Shown: in pieces, positions 63,686 to 64,000 of the stretch | How the letters are laid out: every line of letters starts with the position of its first letter | How positions within the stretch are numbered: position 1 is the stretch's first letter | From: a virus | IMG/VR virus record: IMGVR_UViG_3300023184_003849 | Span: 1-64,000 of that record | Direction: 5' to 3' (one strand) | DNA: 64,000 nt | Program-made: the position numbers and the translations under genes | Notes under the pieces: generated by a model | What the model was told of the DNA's origin: nothing | The model's input: only the letters and a program-made list of their open reading frames with translations | Databases searched by the model: none

Positions 63686-64000
63686 TTTTCATCCACCACT
63701 CTGCCACTTCAGGGCGTTGACTTAATATATCTGTCAAGGTCACTGATTGTGTTCTTATTTGTTCTAGTTTGAGCACACGAGCCTTGCCTCGACGCAGTCC
63801 CTCCTGATATTGATCAGGCCACTGTTCCGCAAACGTGGGCCGGGTTTTTAATTGTAGCAGTACATCACGCATGGCACCTGCGGAGCGGCCTGCTAGTTCG
63901 TCAATCCAAGGGTCCAACAAATGCCTAGGCAGTGCCAAAGGACTCAAGATTATATCTGGGGAGAAACTGAATATGACCTTGGCCAACAGTTGTACCCCAT
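63678..64000 (-). CDS. Partial CDS (5' end outside window)
   Basis: Open frame near the window edge, overlapping the next start. Confidence 0.55.
   Translation of the reverse strand, partial: GVQLLAKVIFSFSPDIILSPLALPRHLLDPWIDELAGRSAGAMRDVLLQLKTRPTFAEQWPDQYQEGLRRGKARVLKLEQIRTQSVTLTDILSQRPEVAEWWMKIA

Noticed and set aside
1-64000. Stop-codon reassignment
   Set aside because: Recognisable genes are full length in code 11, all three stops end genes, and there is no CTA/TCA/TTA-anticodon tRNA. Leu(TAG) is an anticodon, not a suppressor.
1-64000. CRISPR array, integrase, transposase, intron or intein
   Set aside because: No regularly spaced repeats or recognisable motifs were seen; the pol fragment, thyX and folE are uninterrupted.

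Overview
This is a 64 kb slice of a large lytic dsDNA (jumbo, T4-superfamily-like) bacteriophage in the standard genetic code. The host is probably a betaproteobacterium, judging from a two-piece tmRNA with tag ANDEQFALAA, RpoZ and AhpC/AhpD. 1-30 kb holds the end of DNA polymerase B, a clamp-like gene and a 7-deazaguanine DNA-modification cluster (DpdA, DpdL-type QueD paralog, FolE, QueD, YhhQ, QueE; no QueC seen). That cluster is interleaved with glycosyltransferases, sugar-nucleotide enzymes, radical SAM enzymes, a methyltransferase and AT-rich inserted genes. 30-37 kb holds small early genes behind repeated sigma70 promoters, ahpC/aldolase/ahpD and phosphoesterases. 37.4-46.7 kb is a translation-support island: 27 tRNAs (28 with the one at 33.6 kb, covering all 20 amino acids), several unnamed structured RNAs and a permuted tmRNA. 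46.7-64 kb holds rpoZ, an AAA/VWA pair, thyX, sugar enzymes and a carbamoyltransferase. The best candidate for a new system is a ribosome-coupled attenuator at the head of the tRNA island. It has a leaderless 48-codon peptide sampling 37 different codons, whose stop lies in an antiterminator that competes with an intrinsic terminator, suggesting a sensor of host tRNA depletion. Other leads are a preQ1-like pseudoknot before queD, genes whose stop codons sit inside downstream tRNAs, and a long-variable-arm tRNA(CAT). All calls come from motif reading and manual base-pairing; no searches or folding programs were run.
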